Below, piece after piece: positions 46,338 to 56,104 of a DNA stretch of 64,000 nt. The translations under genes were made by a program, and so were the position numbers. This DNA is from a virus. How positions within the stretch are numbered: position 1 is the first letter of the stretch; each line of letters begins with the position of its first letter. Below the pieces are notes generated by a model. It did no database searches and had not been told where the DNA came from. It saw only the letters and a program-made list of their open reading frames with translations. The DNA lies in IMG/VR virus record IMGVR_UViG_3300031521_000049, positions 2,834-66,833 of that record; one strand, given 5' to 3'.

Positions 46338-47338
46338 TGAGTGAAAAAGGATTAACAATTGCATTGATTACAGCAAGAGGAGGATCAACAAGGATTCCAA
46401 GAAAGAACATTAAAATCGTTTGCGAACTTCCAGTTGTCGCGTGGAACATCATTCAAGCAAAGTGTTCAAAAAATATTGATCGAGTATTTTTGACAACTGA
46501 CGATGATGAGATTGCAGAGATTGGAGCAAAGTTTGGAGCTGAAATTATTAGGCGCCCAAAATATGAAAACAGTATTTCTGCAAATGTTCCTTTTGCTCAT
46601 GCTCTTGATTATATCGAAAACACTTTGAAGATCGATGTAAAAAATATTATTCCTTTGCTTCCAACTTCACTTCTTAAAAAACCTGAAGACCTTGATAATA
46701 TGATTTCATATTTTGATGATTTTTATGGAACAGAAATCGATAGCATGATAACTGCCTGCCCAATGAAAGAATGTTATATTTATAAAAATATTGTTCCTTA
46801 TCAAAAAAGATATGGAAATAAAGAATGCACGATTCCTGGAGAGGTCGAAACAAAAGAAGGATATGATGCTAAATGGGCAATAACTGATTCTCTTTGGAAT
46901 TATTCAAAGATGATGGGCGGCTGGGCAATTGGAACAAGAGATTTTTATTATAAGGCATGGACAACCTCTCCCGCTCGTGATATTGATATCGTAACTTTGC
47001 CAATGGATACAAAATCTGTATTCACATTATACAAAGTTGAAGAATGGCAATGCTGCGATATCGACTATCCTATTGATCTTGAAATGGCAGAGATATTTTT
47101 TGAAAAGTTTATTCTGAAAGGAAAAGGCGTTCAGGTTTATTATGATTACTACTTTAAAAACAAGGTAGTTGAAAAAGCAAGAAACCATTTAGATGAACAA
47201 CTAAAAAAATATGGTGGAAATTTTCAAGTTGCAAATACAGATGTAAAAGAAAATGATTTTGATATTGGTGGTTTGTTATTTGAAAAAAAATTAAATAATG
47301 ATATTGACAAAATAATTTCTGATGAGGAGGAAAAATGA
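46337..47338 (+). CDS. Acylneuraminate (nonulosonate) cytidylyltransferase, NeuA/PseF/LegF family
   Basis: ALITARGGSTRIPRKNIK, VFLTTDDDEI, IIRRP, LLPTS, DIDYPIDLEMAE. Confidence 0.88.
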   Translation: MSEKGLTIALITARGGSTRIPRKNIKIVCELPVVAWNIIQAKCSKNIDRVFLTTDDDEIAEIGAKFGAEIIRRPKYENSISANVPFAHALDYIENTLKIDVKNIIPLLPTSLLKKPEDLDNMISYFDDFYGTEIDSMITACPMKECYIYKNIVPYQKRYGNKECTIPGEVETKEGYDAKWAITDSLWNYSKMMGGWAIGTRDFYYKAWTTSPARDIDIVTLPMDTKSVFTLYKVEEWQCCDIDYPIDLEMAEIFFEKFILKGKGVQVYYDYYFKNKVVEKARNHLDEQLKKYGGNFQVANTDVKENDFDIGGLLFEKKLNNDIDKIISDEEEK

Positions 47339-47541
47339 AAGCTTTATTGCTTTGTAGTTATTGTGGAACCGATGAGGATGGATGTACAGATGAAAATCCT
47401 TGTCATGAGTGCCTACAGATGGATAATGTAGTCGAAATAAATGAGTCTGCAATTATACATAATTATGGAGGTCTTCGTTACAATAATGAAGTAAATCATT
47501 TTATAGACACCAGCATTAAAGACAGATCGGAGGAAAAATGA
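47335..47541 (+). CDS. Small Cys-rich protein flanked by 13-bp direct repeats
   Basis: CSYC..C..C..C; GGAGGAAAAATGA at 47326-47338 and 47529-47541. Confidence 0.55.
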   Translation: MKALLLCSYCGTDEDGCTDENPCHECLQMDNVVEINESAIIHNYGGLRYNNEVNHFIDTSIKDRSEEK

Positions 47542-48896
47542 GAAGTGAAGAAACAGTAAGAAGCCAATCATCAGCGTATAATTCAAGTACTATAAGAATA
47601 CAATTAATTCACGAAGAAGTAAATTCGATTATGAATTATGCCAATGTAATGAAGATGTATAAAGATGGTCGAGGTCGAGATATTGGCGATGAACTTAAAA
47701 AAAATAAAGATCCTTGCATAATTCTTGGATCTGGTCCATCATTAGATTATTCAATTCAGTTTCTAAAAGACTGGAAAGGAGGAATAATTTGTACTACATC
47801 TCACGCAAGAACATTAATGTATTATGGAATCGAACCAACATATATTTTAGTTCTCGATCCTTTTTGTTGCTGGGAAGAAATTGAAGGCATAGATTGGAGT
47901 CAAACAAAAACAAAACTTATTTCAACCCCCTGTTGTCATCCAAGTCTATTTGAAAAATGGCCTAATGATGTTTTGTTTTATATCCAAAATACTGGCGACG
48001 ACAATTCTTTTTATTCAACTACATTAAAAAGAATGTATTCTCGGCGCGACGACGAACATAAAAGAGATTGCACATTCACTTATTATATCAGAACAGAAAT
48101 TGTTTTGTTTGCTTGTTCTCCACCTATGCAAATATTTGTTGCTCAGATTCTTAATTATGGGAACATTTTTCTTTGCGGAGTTGATTTTGGGTTCAGTAAA
48201 GAGAAAGAAAGATTTACTGAATGGACAAGAAAAGATATTGACTCTGGCAGTTATTCAAACAATGGATATAAAGAAAATAAATCAAATGGTTTGAATAAAG
48301 AAGAATGGGAGAAACACGAACATCCATATATTCCAAATGAAAACGATATTGTTTGCAAGAATGGAGTTTTGACTCAAGATATTCACTTGTATTATAAAAA
48401 GAATTTTATTAGTTCTTGGCGTTTATCACACCAGACTATTTATACAACAGATCATGGAATCATATCTGAGATTCCTTTTGTTGATATTGAAGAGTTGATA
48501 AAGAATGAAGGATCAATGGAAGAGCAATCATTTGAATTTATAAATGATATTGCAGATTCATATCTTGCATCAGTTGGGTGTTTTGTAATCGAAACAGAAA
48601 CAGCTGGAGTTTCTTTTGTAGAATCAAATAATCCTATTCCTGAATTGACTGAATATATGAGAGGAATAAATAATGGATACATTTGTAAACACTGCAAGTC
48701 TAAATTCAAATATGTTCCTGACGGAAAGCCAGTTGAAACAAAATGTATCAATTGTGGAAAGGAAGATGCTTTAATTCAAGTATGTCGAATTGATATTGAT
48801 AAAAATATTAATCGAGTAAAAAAATTACTTGAACCATTGAAGAAAAAAGAACGTAACAAGAAAAAGAATGAAAAGAAAAAACTTATGAGGAAATAA
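47538..48896 (+). CDS. DUF115/MAF_flag10 (Maf-like) putative nonulosonate glycosyltransferase
   Basis: CIILGSGPSL, L..YGIEP.YI.VLDP, G..NIFLCGVDFGF motifs; C-terminal zinc ribbon. Confidence 0.72.
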   Translation: MRSEETVRSQSSAYNSSTIRIQLIHEEVNSIMNYANVMKMYKDGRGRDIGDELKKNKDPCIILGSGPSLDYSIQFLKDWKGGIICTTSHARTLMYYGIEPTYILVLDPFCCWEEIEGIDWSQTKTKLISTPCCHPSLFEKWPNDVLFYIQNTGDDNSFYSTTLKRMYSRRDDEHKRDCTFTYYIRTEIVLFACSPPMQIFVAQILNYGNIFLCGVDFGFSKEKERFTEWTRKDIDSGSYSNNGYKENKSNGLNKEEWEKHEHPYIPNENDIVCKNGVLTQDIHLYYKKNFISSWRLSHQTIYTTDHGIISEIPFVDIEELIKNEGSMEEQSFEFINDIADSYLASVGCFVIETETAGVSFVESNNPIPELTEYMRGINNGYICKHCKSKFKYVPDGKPVETKCINCGKEDALIQVCRIDIDKNINRVKKLLEPLKKKERNKKKNEKKKLMRK

Positions 48897-49189
48897 TGAT
48901 AATCCACAAACAATCGAGACATAAAAAAGCTTTTACTGTTTGTGGATTAATTAAAATTAATTTCCCAAATGCAGTAACAAAGGATTGGGTAAAAGTTACT
49001 TGTGAGAATTGCAGGAGGTTAATGGCAAGTAATGAAATGGCTTTTAGTAAGTTCAAATATAAATGTGAGCATCATGTAAATGACAAGACGATAAACAATG
49101 GTCAAATAAAATATTATGATTATTGTACATATAAAGATTTAGGTGTTTGTAATAGACACCAATGCGTAATATTAAATGGAGAAAAATAA
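48896..49189 (+). CDS. Cys-rich hypothetical protein
   Basis: W.KVTCENC motif. Confidence 0.5.
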   Translation: MIIHKQSRHKKAFTVCGLIKINFPNAVTKDWVKVTCENCRRLMASNEMAFSKFKYKCEHHVNDKTINNGQIKYYDYCTYKDLGVCNRHQCVILNGEK

Positions 49190-49485
49190 TGGCCGAAAAT
49201 TCAAGAGAAAAACAATTAAGAGAAATGCTTTGCGATGGGATTAAAGCACAATGGGAGCGCCTTGATGATCCGAAGAACGCAATCAAAGGAATATTCCCGG
49301 AATCAATTGGAGATGTGGTTGATTTTATTGAGGAAGAATATATAGAACTTTTTATTGAAATTGAAAAAAGTCCTTTTAGATATGAAAGGATACGAGAAGA
49401 AGCAGCAGACCTTAAAAATTATCTCGATAATTTAATTCTAATTTGTAATAAAGAAATTGTAAAAAGCAAAGAAAAATCTGTTTAG
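49189..49485 (+). CDS. MazG-like all-alpha NTP pyrophosphatase (tentative)
   Basis: EEEYIE...REEAADL pattern. Confidence 0.4.
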   Translation: MAENSREKQLREMLCDGIKAQWERLDDPKNAIKGIFPESIGDVVDFIEEEYIELFIEIEKSPFRYERIREEAADLKNYLDNLILICNKEIVKSKEKSV

Positions 49486-49501
49486 ATATCCTATAATATA
49501 T
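49485..49501 (+). promoter_or_regulatory. Phage promoter motif (copy 9)
   Basis: Perfect copy upstream of 5'-3' exonuclease. Confidence 0.8.
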
Positions 49502-49512
49502 ATGAGGATCGA

Positions 49513-50217
49513 ATGAAAATAATAATTGACGGAGATAATTTAATCCACGCTGCTTATTTCGTAACAAAAGATGTACCTGATGAGTTGCGAGTTAAAAAGA
49601 CCGTTGGTTTATTTTTTATGATGATGGAAAAATATAAAAGAGATTTCAACGTAAAAAAATTATATATTACATGGGATGGCCGAGAAGGAAAATTATGGCG
49701 TCAAGCAATACTTCCAGAATACAAATCTAATCGAACACATAATAAAGTTATTTCAAAATGCATTAAACGAGCAAGTAAAAGATTTGAAAACGGATATATT
49801 CATATTCAAAAGCTCGATTCTGAAGGCGATGATTTAATATATGCTCTTTGTCGATGTTTAAATAATTCAAAAATAATTGTTTCTGCTGATAAAGATTTTA
49901 TCCAAGTTGTTCAAGAAGACCTTGCAGAAGCAGTATTTAACCCAATAACAAAAAAATATAGAGACGTTCCAGAAATTGATTCCGTAATAGAAAAATCTAT
50001 TGTTGGTGATCCGTCAGATAATTTAAAAGGTATTCTTGGAAAAGGTCCAAAGTCAATTGCAAAATTAATAGTTGAAGATTATAAATCATTAACAAAAGAA
50101 GAAACTATTGTTTTTAATAAACATTTAATTGTAATAGGATTAAAAAACAATCCAAAGAAAGATGAATTGCTTGATTGGGTTGATACATATCTTTATTCTA
50201 TGGAAAAGGGGTTTTAG
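49513..50217 (+). CDS. 5'-3' exonuclease / flap endonuclease (T4 RNase H-like)
   Basis: IIDGDN, WR....PEYKSNR, EGDD, SADKDF, GDPSDNLKG..GKGPK. Confidence 0.9.
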   Translation: MKIIIDGDNLIHAAYFVTKDVPDELRVKKTVGLFFMMMEKYKRDFNVKKLYITWDGREGKLWRQAILPEYKSNRTHNKVISKCIKRASKRFENGYIHIQKLDSEGDDLIYALCRCLNNSKIIVSADKDFIQVVQEDLAEAVFNPITKKYRDVPEIDSVIEKSIVGDPSDNLKGILGKGPKSIAKLIVEDYKSLTKEETIVFNKHLIVIGLKNNPKKDELLDWVDTYLYSMEKGF

Positions 50218-50218
50218 T

Positions 50219-50440
50219 ATGCCACAATGTGAATATGTCGAATACGAAGGAAAGAATTTTGTTAGATGTAATGAGCCGGCATCGATAATAGCAGTTCCGA
50301 CAAAATTTAAATCAAAAGGAAAACATAATGTTTGTCTATGTCAAAAACATAAAGAATTTGTAATTGATGCTCTCGATTATTATTCTGTAGAAAAAACAAA
50401 AGCTGAAATTAAAAAAGAAAACAATACATCGTTATTTTGA
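50219..50440 (+). CDS. Small zinc-finger protein
   Basis: C..RC..LCQKH. Confidence 0.5.
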   Translation: MPQCEYVEYEGKNFVRCNEPASIIAVPTKFKSKGKHNVCLCQKHKEFVIDALDYYSVEKTKAEIKKENNTSLF

Positions 50441-50447
50441 GAAGCAA

Positions 50448-50678
50448 ATGAAAACCCAATACCGAAACGAAGCAGAAAAACTACTAAAATCTGAAATTTC
50501 CGAGCATTATCTATATCATTATATTGATGAAAAGATTATAATTAGTTCAATATGTTACACAATCATAGGAATTACGTTTTCTGAGATTGAAGACGCAAGA
50601 ACGATACAAGTAAAAGAAGCTGGCATTGCCAATAAATCTTTACTTGAATGGAGATTGAAGAAAAGAGGTATAGAATGA
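50448..50678 (+). CDS. Hypothetical protein
   Basis: Coupled ORF. Confidence 0.5.
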   Translation: MKTQYRNEAEKLLKSEISEHYLYHYIDEKIIISSICYTIIGITFSEIEDARTIQVKEAGIANKSLLEWRLKKRGIE

Positions 50679-51157
50679 AAAGATTTTTGTTTTTGGTTAT
50701 TCCTTTTATTTTTTTATCGTGCACTCAGCTTGAAATGGATGAGTTTCAAGACAAATCATCAATAACTCAAATCGATAAAATTGATAATCATTTTAACTCT
50801 TTATATGAGGCTCGTCATTGGGTTTATATAAATGTTGATTATAAAGTAAACACTCCGTATCAATGGCAATCACCAAAACAAACAGAATCAAGAAAAAGTG
50901 GAATGTGCGCCGATGCAACTATTTTATTAATGGCATATGCTCTTGATATGGGTTATAAAAATGTATCAATGCTCGGAATAAGAGAAAATGATGGAGTGCT
51001 TCATGCATTATTAAAAGTCGATGGAATAGTATACGAACCTCAAGTAATGATAACAAGAACAAAACCATACACACTAATAAAAGAATATTCATATAAAGAA
51101 GCAATCGATATAGTTTATTATGATTATAAAAATAGGAGCGTAATCCAATATGAATAA
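50675..51157 (+). CDS. Lipoprotein with transglutaminase-like cysteine protease domain
   Basis: Signal ending FLSC; WQSP.QT....GMCAD, HA, YEP triad-like motifs. Confidence 0.65.
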   Translation: MKRFLFLVIPFIFLSCTQLEMDEFQDKSSITQIDKIDNHFNSLYEARHWVYINVDYKVNTPYQWQSPKQTESRKSGMCADATILLMAYALDMGYKNVSMLGIRENDGVLHALLKVDGIVYEPQVMITRTKPYTLIKEYSYKEAIDIVYYDYKNRSVIQYE

Positions 51158-51414
51158 ATTAATTGAGTTTTTTAAAATGATTAATGAAAAGATTGATTAT
51201 TATATTGAAACTTTTTTCGACCTGTTCAAATGATAACTATAGGAATGATTATATTTATTTCAACATTAGCAATAGCAATAATTCTTGTAATTTTATAAGG
51301 AGATATTATGAAAGAAGATAATGACAGAATGGCTTTGGTATTATATATAATTGGAGCAGTGTTGATTATGATTATTTGGATTGCGTCAGTAATAATTAAT
51401 AAAGGAATAAGATT

Positions 51415-51603
51415 ATGAAAACAATTTATGAAGGAAAAATAAGAATAACTACTGAAGAAGAGTCAGAAGAATTTGTTGCTATTATAAGTACAGAAACAAA
51501 TAGAATAATCTCTTCAAAAACAAATAGAGAATATGCAGCAATAGGTGAAGTAATGAATGAATTTAAAAAAGATATTATAAATAAAGCAAAAGAAATAAAA
51601 TGA
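51415..51603 (+). CDS. Hypothetical protein
   Basis: ORF with AAGGA RBS. Confidence 0.45.
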   Translation: MKTIYEGKIRITTEEESEEFVAIISTETNRIISSKTNREYAAIGEVMNEFKKDIINKAKEIK

Positions 51604-51920
51604 CCGAAAGAAAAGAATTTTTTGGAATGAAAGAAATATACTGTAAGCGCAATATAAAAGATTGTAGATATTGTTTCGACACAAGATGCTTAAATAGAAC
51701 GGAAAAATATTCATATATAAATACTAAAAAACACAAACAATTTATATCTAAATCAAATAGAGTATGATATGAAAAAATCAGAAAGAAAAGAATTACTAAA
51801 TAAAGTAATAGAAAATATAAATAAAGAATTAAGAAAAAACTATGCCGGACCATTAACAGAAAGATACACAAACATAATATTAAATACTAAATTGTCCACT
51901 AAAACCAATCAAAATTCACT

Positions 51921-51983
51921 AAAAGCCACGTAGAAAATAATTAAAAAAGTTATATTTATTTTATATAACAATTATTATATACT
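51921..51983 (+). promoter_or_regulatory. Late promoter: AAAAGCCACGTAGAAA box + core
   Basis: 16-bp box identical to 62020-62035, same 15-nt spacing to ATATTTA core. Confidence 0.65.
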
Positions 51984-51989
51984 GATTAC

Positions 51990-52508
51990 ATGGCAAGAAT
52001 AACAGGGTACAATAAAGAAGTTCATCCCAAAATAGTAAAACGCTTGATTTCATTAGATTATACAGATGAACAAGCAGCTCAACATATGGCGATATCAATT
52101 GCTACATTTAATAATTGGAAAAAGAAATACCCTGAATTCTTAAAAGCTATACAACAAGGATCATATGAACCAATTAAAAAAGTAACAGGAAAGATGTATA
52201 GAATAGCTAATGGATATGATTATGAAGAACCTATATACGAAATAATATATCCACCAGAAAACAAAGGCGCTAAAGGAAAGAATGGTAAACCAATGGGACG
52301 TAAAAAGACTCCTGAAAAAAGATTGGTTAGAATAGTAACAAAACATATGCCTCCAAATGTTATTGCACAAAAGTTTATATTAACTAATAAAGATAAAACA
52401 AAATGGCAAGAATCAAGTAAAATAGAAGTTGGTGGCCAAATGGAATATATAGTAAAAGCACCTATAATCCCAGTAATACCTACTATTAAAAAGGAGAAAA
52501 AGAAATGA
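51990..52508 (+). CDS. Terminase small subunit
   Basis: HTH TDEQAA....ISIATFNNWKKKYPEF, GYDYEE, KHMPP..AQKFILTN. Confidence 0.85.
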   Translation: MARITGYNKEVHPKIVKRLISLDYTDEQAAQHMAISIATFNNWKKKYPEFLKAIQQGSYEPIKKVTGKMYRIANGYDYEEPIYEIIYPPENKGAKGKNGKPMGRKKTPEKRLVRIVTKHMPPNVIAQKFILTNKDKTKWQESSKIEVGGQMEYIVKAPIIPVIPTIKKEKKK

Positions 52509-52699
52509 GTGAAAGATTACCGTGTAAAGATATCAATGTTGAATCATCTATTTGTAAAAGGAATAATAGAATTTGTATTAATTGCAATGGATATGAACCT
52601 ATTGAGCAAATAGAATCTTTTGATGATGGTTTTAATAAAGTTGCATTACCTGAATTGCCAGATAATAGCAATTATAGAAACAATAAAGGAAAAAGATAA
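52505..52699 (+). CDS. Hypothetical protein
   Basis: Coupled ORF. Confidence 0.45.
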   Translation: MSERLPCKDINVESSICKRNNRICINCNGYEPIEQIESFDDGFNKVALPELPDNSNYRNNKGKR

Positions 52700-52706
52700 G
52701 AAATAA

Positions 52707-53999
52707 ATGTCAGATTCCGATGGCAAGATAAAAATTGATTTAACTCATGCTCTTGAATATATGAATCCTGCATTCTATGATTTATATCAAGATCAGCATC
52801 CTCTTCAAGTTGTTATCGGAGGCGCGAATAGTTCTAAATCATTTACAGTTGCTCAGAAAGTAATATTAAAAACAATGCTTTCTAAACGATCAAGATGGTT
52901 ATCAATAAGAAAAGTAAAAAAAGATGTTAAGCATTCTGTATATGATACGCTTCGAGATATTATTTGTGATACTGATGGATTTAATCTCGAAGCGTTGTTT
53001 TCATTTAATAATACAGATTCATCTATTGTATTTAAGCCAAATCGTTCTGATATATTAGGTGTAGGTCTTGATGATGTTAATAAATTAAAATCAATAAAAG
53101 ATCCAACAGGGTTTTGGGTTGATGAAGCAGATCAAATATCATATAAAGATTTGCAACAATTACGATTACGATTAAGAACTAATAATAAATCAAATGAATT
53201 GCTTCAAGGAATATTATCTCTCAATCCAATACATATTCAGCATTGGATTAAAACAGAATTAGTTGATAAGAGTCCTGAAGATGTATTTTTTCATCATTCG
53301 ACATATAAAGATAATTTGTTCCTATCAGATAAAGTACGCGAATATATGGAATCAATTACAGATCCTTATTTCAAGAAAGTATATGTACTTGGAGAATGGG
53401 GTGTTTATGGAAATACTGTATTTGATAATATTGTAATAGAAGATTTCGATTATACAGAAGACGATCTTGAAAATGTATTTACTGGAATGGACTTTGGTAC
53501 TGTTCATGCTTCTGCAATAGAGCGAGGCGGATTCAAAGATGGTGATTTATATTCATTCGACGAGATATGGGGAAAGGGTTGGACGAATACAGATTTTATA
53601 CAAGCTGCTGAAGACTATTGGGAAAATCAAATTGGGCATGATTGGTTAATAACAGCAGATAGCGCAGAACCTGATCGTATTGAAGAATGGAGAAGAGCTG
53701 GGTGGAATATAGAGCCTGCTAAAAAAGGTCCAGGATCATTAGGATATGGAATTGGCTTTCTAAAATCGAGAACATGGCATATACATAAGACATTTTGTCC
53801 GAACCTTGCAAGAGAGGCTCAACAATTTAAAAGGAAAGAAGATAAATCAGGAGAGCCAACAGAAGGATTCGTTGAACAGAATGACGATGGAATTGCAGCA
53901 ATGAGATATGGTACTGAATCTGTTTGGCATCCTGGATATTATATTGGAAATCTCGATGAAGATGATTATGGCATATCTGCTGACGATTTAGGTTTATAA
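52707..53999 (+). CDS. Terminase large subunit (PBSX/SPP1-like)
   Basis: GGANSSKS, WVDEA, SLNP, STYKDN.FL, GMDFG, ADSAEP, DGIAAMRY. Confidence 0.95.
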   Translation: MSDSDGKIKIDLTHALEYMNPAFYDLYQDQHPLQVVIGGANSSKSFTVAQKVILKTMLSKRSRWLSIRKVKKDVKHSVYDTLRDIICDTDGFNLEALFSFNNTDSSIVFKPNRSDILGVGLDDVNKLKSIKDPTGFWVDEADQISYKDLQQLRLRLRTNNKSNELLQGILSLNPIHIQHWIKTELVDKSPEDVFFHHSTYKDNLFLSDKVREYMESITDPYFKKVYVLGEWGVYGNTVFDNIVIEDFDYTEDDLENVFTGMDFGTVHASAIERGGFKDGDLYSFDEIWGKGWTNTDFIQAAEDYWENQIGHDWLITADSAEPDRIEEWRRAGWNIEPAKKGPGSLGYGIGFLKSRTWHIHKTFCPNLAREAQQFKRKEDKSGEPTEGFVEQNDDGIAAMRYGTESVWHPGYYIGNLDEDDYGISADDLGL

Positions 54000-54015
54000 A
54001 AAGGAGAATTGAATT

Positions 54016-54222
54016 ATGGAAGTACTTGGAGAATCATTACCAAAAGAAATGGCACGAGTAAGGGAATTAATTATTCAGTATAATGATCCAATGTTAAATG
54101 GTTGTGGAAGAATGGCAGCAGCTATGATGGAAAATAGTTTAAGAGAAGCAGATAAGGCAGCAATGAGTGGTGATCTTGTTGCTATGATAAATGCATATAA
54201 TGATCTAAAGGATTATAGCTAA
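54016..54222 (+). CDS. Hypothetical protein
   Basis: AAGGAG RBS. Confidence 0.6.
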   Translation: MEVLGESLPKEMARVRELIIQYNDPMLNGCGRMAAAMMENSLREADKAAMSGDLVAMINAYNDLKDYS

Positions 54223-54572
54223 ATGAAAGGCGCGTGGAGCATTTTGATGTTTAGTTTTATTTGTTTACCATTAGCGATATGGAAAATAGTAGATATAATA
54301 ATATTCATTATTAATCACGTTACTATAGTTTTAAGGTAATTAGTCAATAATGTGTATAGTCATCAATAAAATGACAATACAGTAAGTAAATAAGGCGTAA
54401 AAAACGATTATAAAGAGGAGTCAGGATTGAAATATTTGATGTTTGATAGCGAAATTACAACAGAATCAATAGAAACTCTTATTAATAAAATAACTGAAGA
54501 TGTTATTATAAACACAAAGCAATTAAAAACTTTGGCTATTAATGCTGAACTTATATCTGGAGGAAAAATATT

Positions 54573-56090
54573 ATGACTATAATGAAGACCGAAAGCGAAC
54601 AATTAACTACAGAGGAAATTCTTTCATTTATTAATACATATAAAGCAATCGAAGTTCCAAAGCTCGATAAGTTATGGGAATATTATCTTGGACATAATAC
54701 TAAGATATTAAAACGAACAATAGCTCCAAATGTGAACAATCCTGATAATAGAATTCCTGTTCCATATGGACGTAAAATTATCACTACTTATTCTGGATAT
54801 GCTTTTCGCCCAAAATATATTACTTACAAAGAAATTGAAGATGAAACAATTGAAGTTCCTGAAGGTGAGAAAATAGAAACTCCTTATTACGATCAATTAA
54901 ATGAAAACTTTAAAATAAATAAGGAATGGATTAAAACAAACAGAGCTGGTCGCAATACTGCAATATTTGGATTAGCATATGAGCTTGTTTATATTGATAC
55001 AGAAACAGCATTAAACGAAAAAGGAATGATAACTAATAAAAATTACGCTCGTTGGGTTTCTGTTGATCCTCGCGAAATGATATTATTATATGATTTCAGT
55101 ATTGAACCTAAAAAGAAAATAGCAATTAGGTTTTTTAAGACAGAAGGAAATAATGGCCGAGTCGAAGTTTATTATGACGACCATTATGAAAAATATATTT
55201 GGACAATGAAAGATGACGAAGGTAACGAGGAAAAATTAACTAAAGAAGGCGAAGATTATACAAACTTCTTTGGACAAATTCCTGTAGTATCATATTATTT
55301 CGGTGATGAAATGAATGGATTGATTGAACCTGTTCTTCCATTGCTCGATGCTTATGACACATTAACATCTGATTCAATGAATGAATTCGATAGATTTGCT
55401 TTTGCTTATTTGATTATGAAAAAGTTTGGATTAACAGATCAAGCAAAAAAGCAAAGTTCTGAGATGGTAGAATCAGCAGCAAGAACATTAAAAAAGAAAA
55501 GAATATTTGAACATTTGCCAGAAGGGGCAGATATATCTTTCCTGACAAAAGATATTCCAGATGGTTTTATTAAATTTATGACTGATCTATTGAAACAAGA
55601 AATACACGCTCAAGCTCATGTTCCTGATTTCACAATGATGACGGGAGCATTAACGGGAGCTGCAATAGACAGGCTTTTATTTGACTTTGAAAATGTTGTT
55701 AGTTCTGCTGAAGCTGATTTTGATGTTGGATTATGCGAACGAATTGATTTGATTTCAATTATATATCGAACCACAGGAGGAGTCGACGGATCATCAGATC
55801 AAATAGTTATTACTCATAAAAGGAATAAACCAAATAATCTTGCTGAGCTTGCACAAACAGCCGTTGCAATGAAGAATGCAGGATTCAGTCGTTATTTAAT
55901 TGCTGATATAATGCCTGACGATATTGTTCCTGATGTTGAAAAAGAATTAGAAAGACAAGATCAAGATATGGAAGCGTTAATGCCTGATGTAGAGAATATG
56001 GGATTTGGAAACGATACAAATACTAATGATACTACTAATCAAGACAACAATAATGATACACAAAACACTGATGAGAATATAACAGAATAA
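54573..56090 (+). CDS. Portal protein (SPP1 gp6-like)
   Basis: YYLGH...NRI...YG.KI, FGLAYEL, FGQIPVV, LDAYD...SD..NE. Confidence 0.92.
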   Translation: MTIMKTESEQLTTEEILSFINTYKAIEVPKLDKLWEYYLGHNTKILKRTIAPNVNNPDNRIPVPYGRKIITTYSGYAFRPKYITYKEIEDETIEVPEGEKIETPYYDQLNENFKINKEWIKTNRAGRNTAIFGLAYELVYIDTETALNEKGMITNKNYARWVSVDPREMILLYDFSIEPKKKIAIRFFKTEGNNGRVEVYYDDHYEKYIWTMKDDEGNEEKLTKEGEDYTNFFGQIPVVSYYFGDEMNGLIEPVLPLLDAYDTLTSDSMNEFDRFAFAYLIMKKFGLTDQAKKQSSEMVESAARTLKKKRIFEHLPEGADISFLTKDIPDGFIKFMTDLLKQEIHAQAHVPDFTMMTGALTGAAIDRLLFDFENVVSSAEADFDVGLCERIDLISIIYRTTGGVDGSSDQIVITHKRNKPNNLAELAQTAVAMKNAGFSRYLIADIMPDDIVPDVEKELERQDQDMEALMPDVENMGFGNDTNTNDTTNQDNNNDTQNTDENITE

Positions 56091-56104
56091 AAAAGGATTA
56101 CTAA

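Noticed and set aside
41726-48896. Host chromosomal contamination or prophage boundary
   Set aside because: Genes are coupled to and interleaved with phage-type small ORFs, similar in AT content and flanked by phage genes on both sides; no att site or integrase. Read-level confirmation is still advisable
51150-51900. Several tiny hydrophobic or Lys-rich ORFs before the terminase
   Set aside because: Too short and AT-rich to support individual calls apart from 51415-51603
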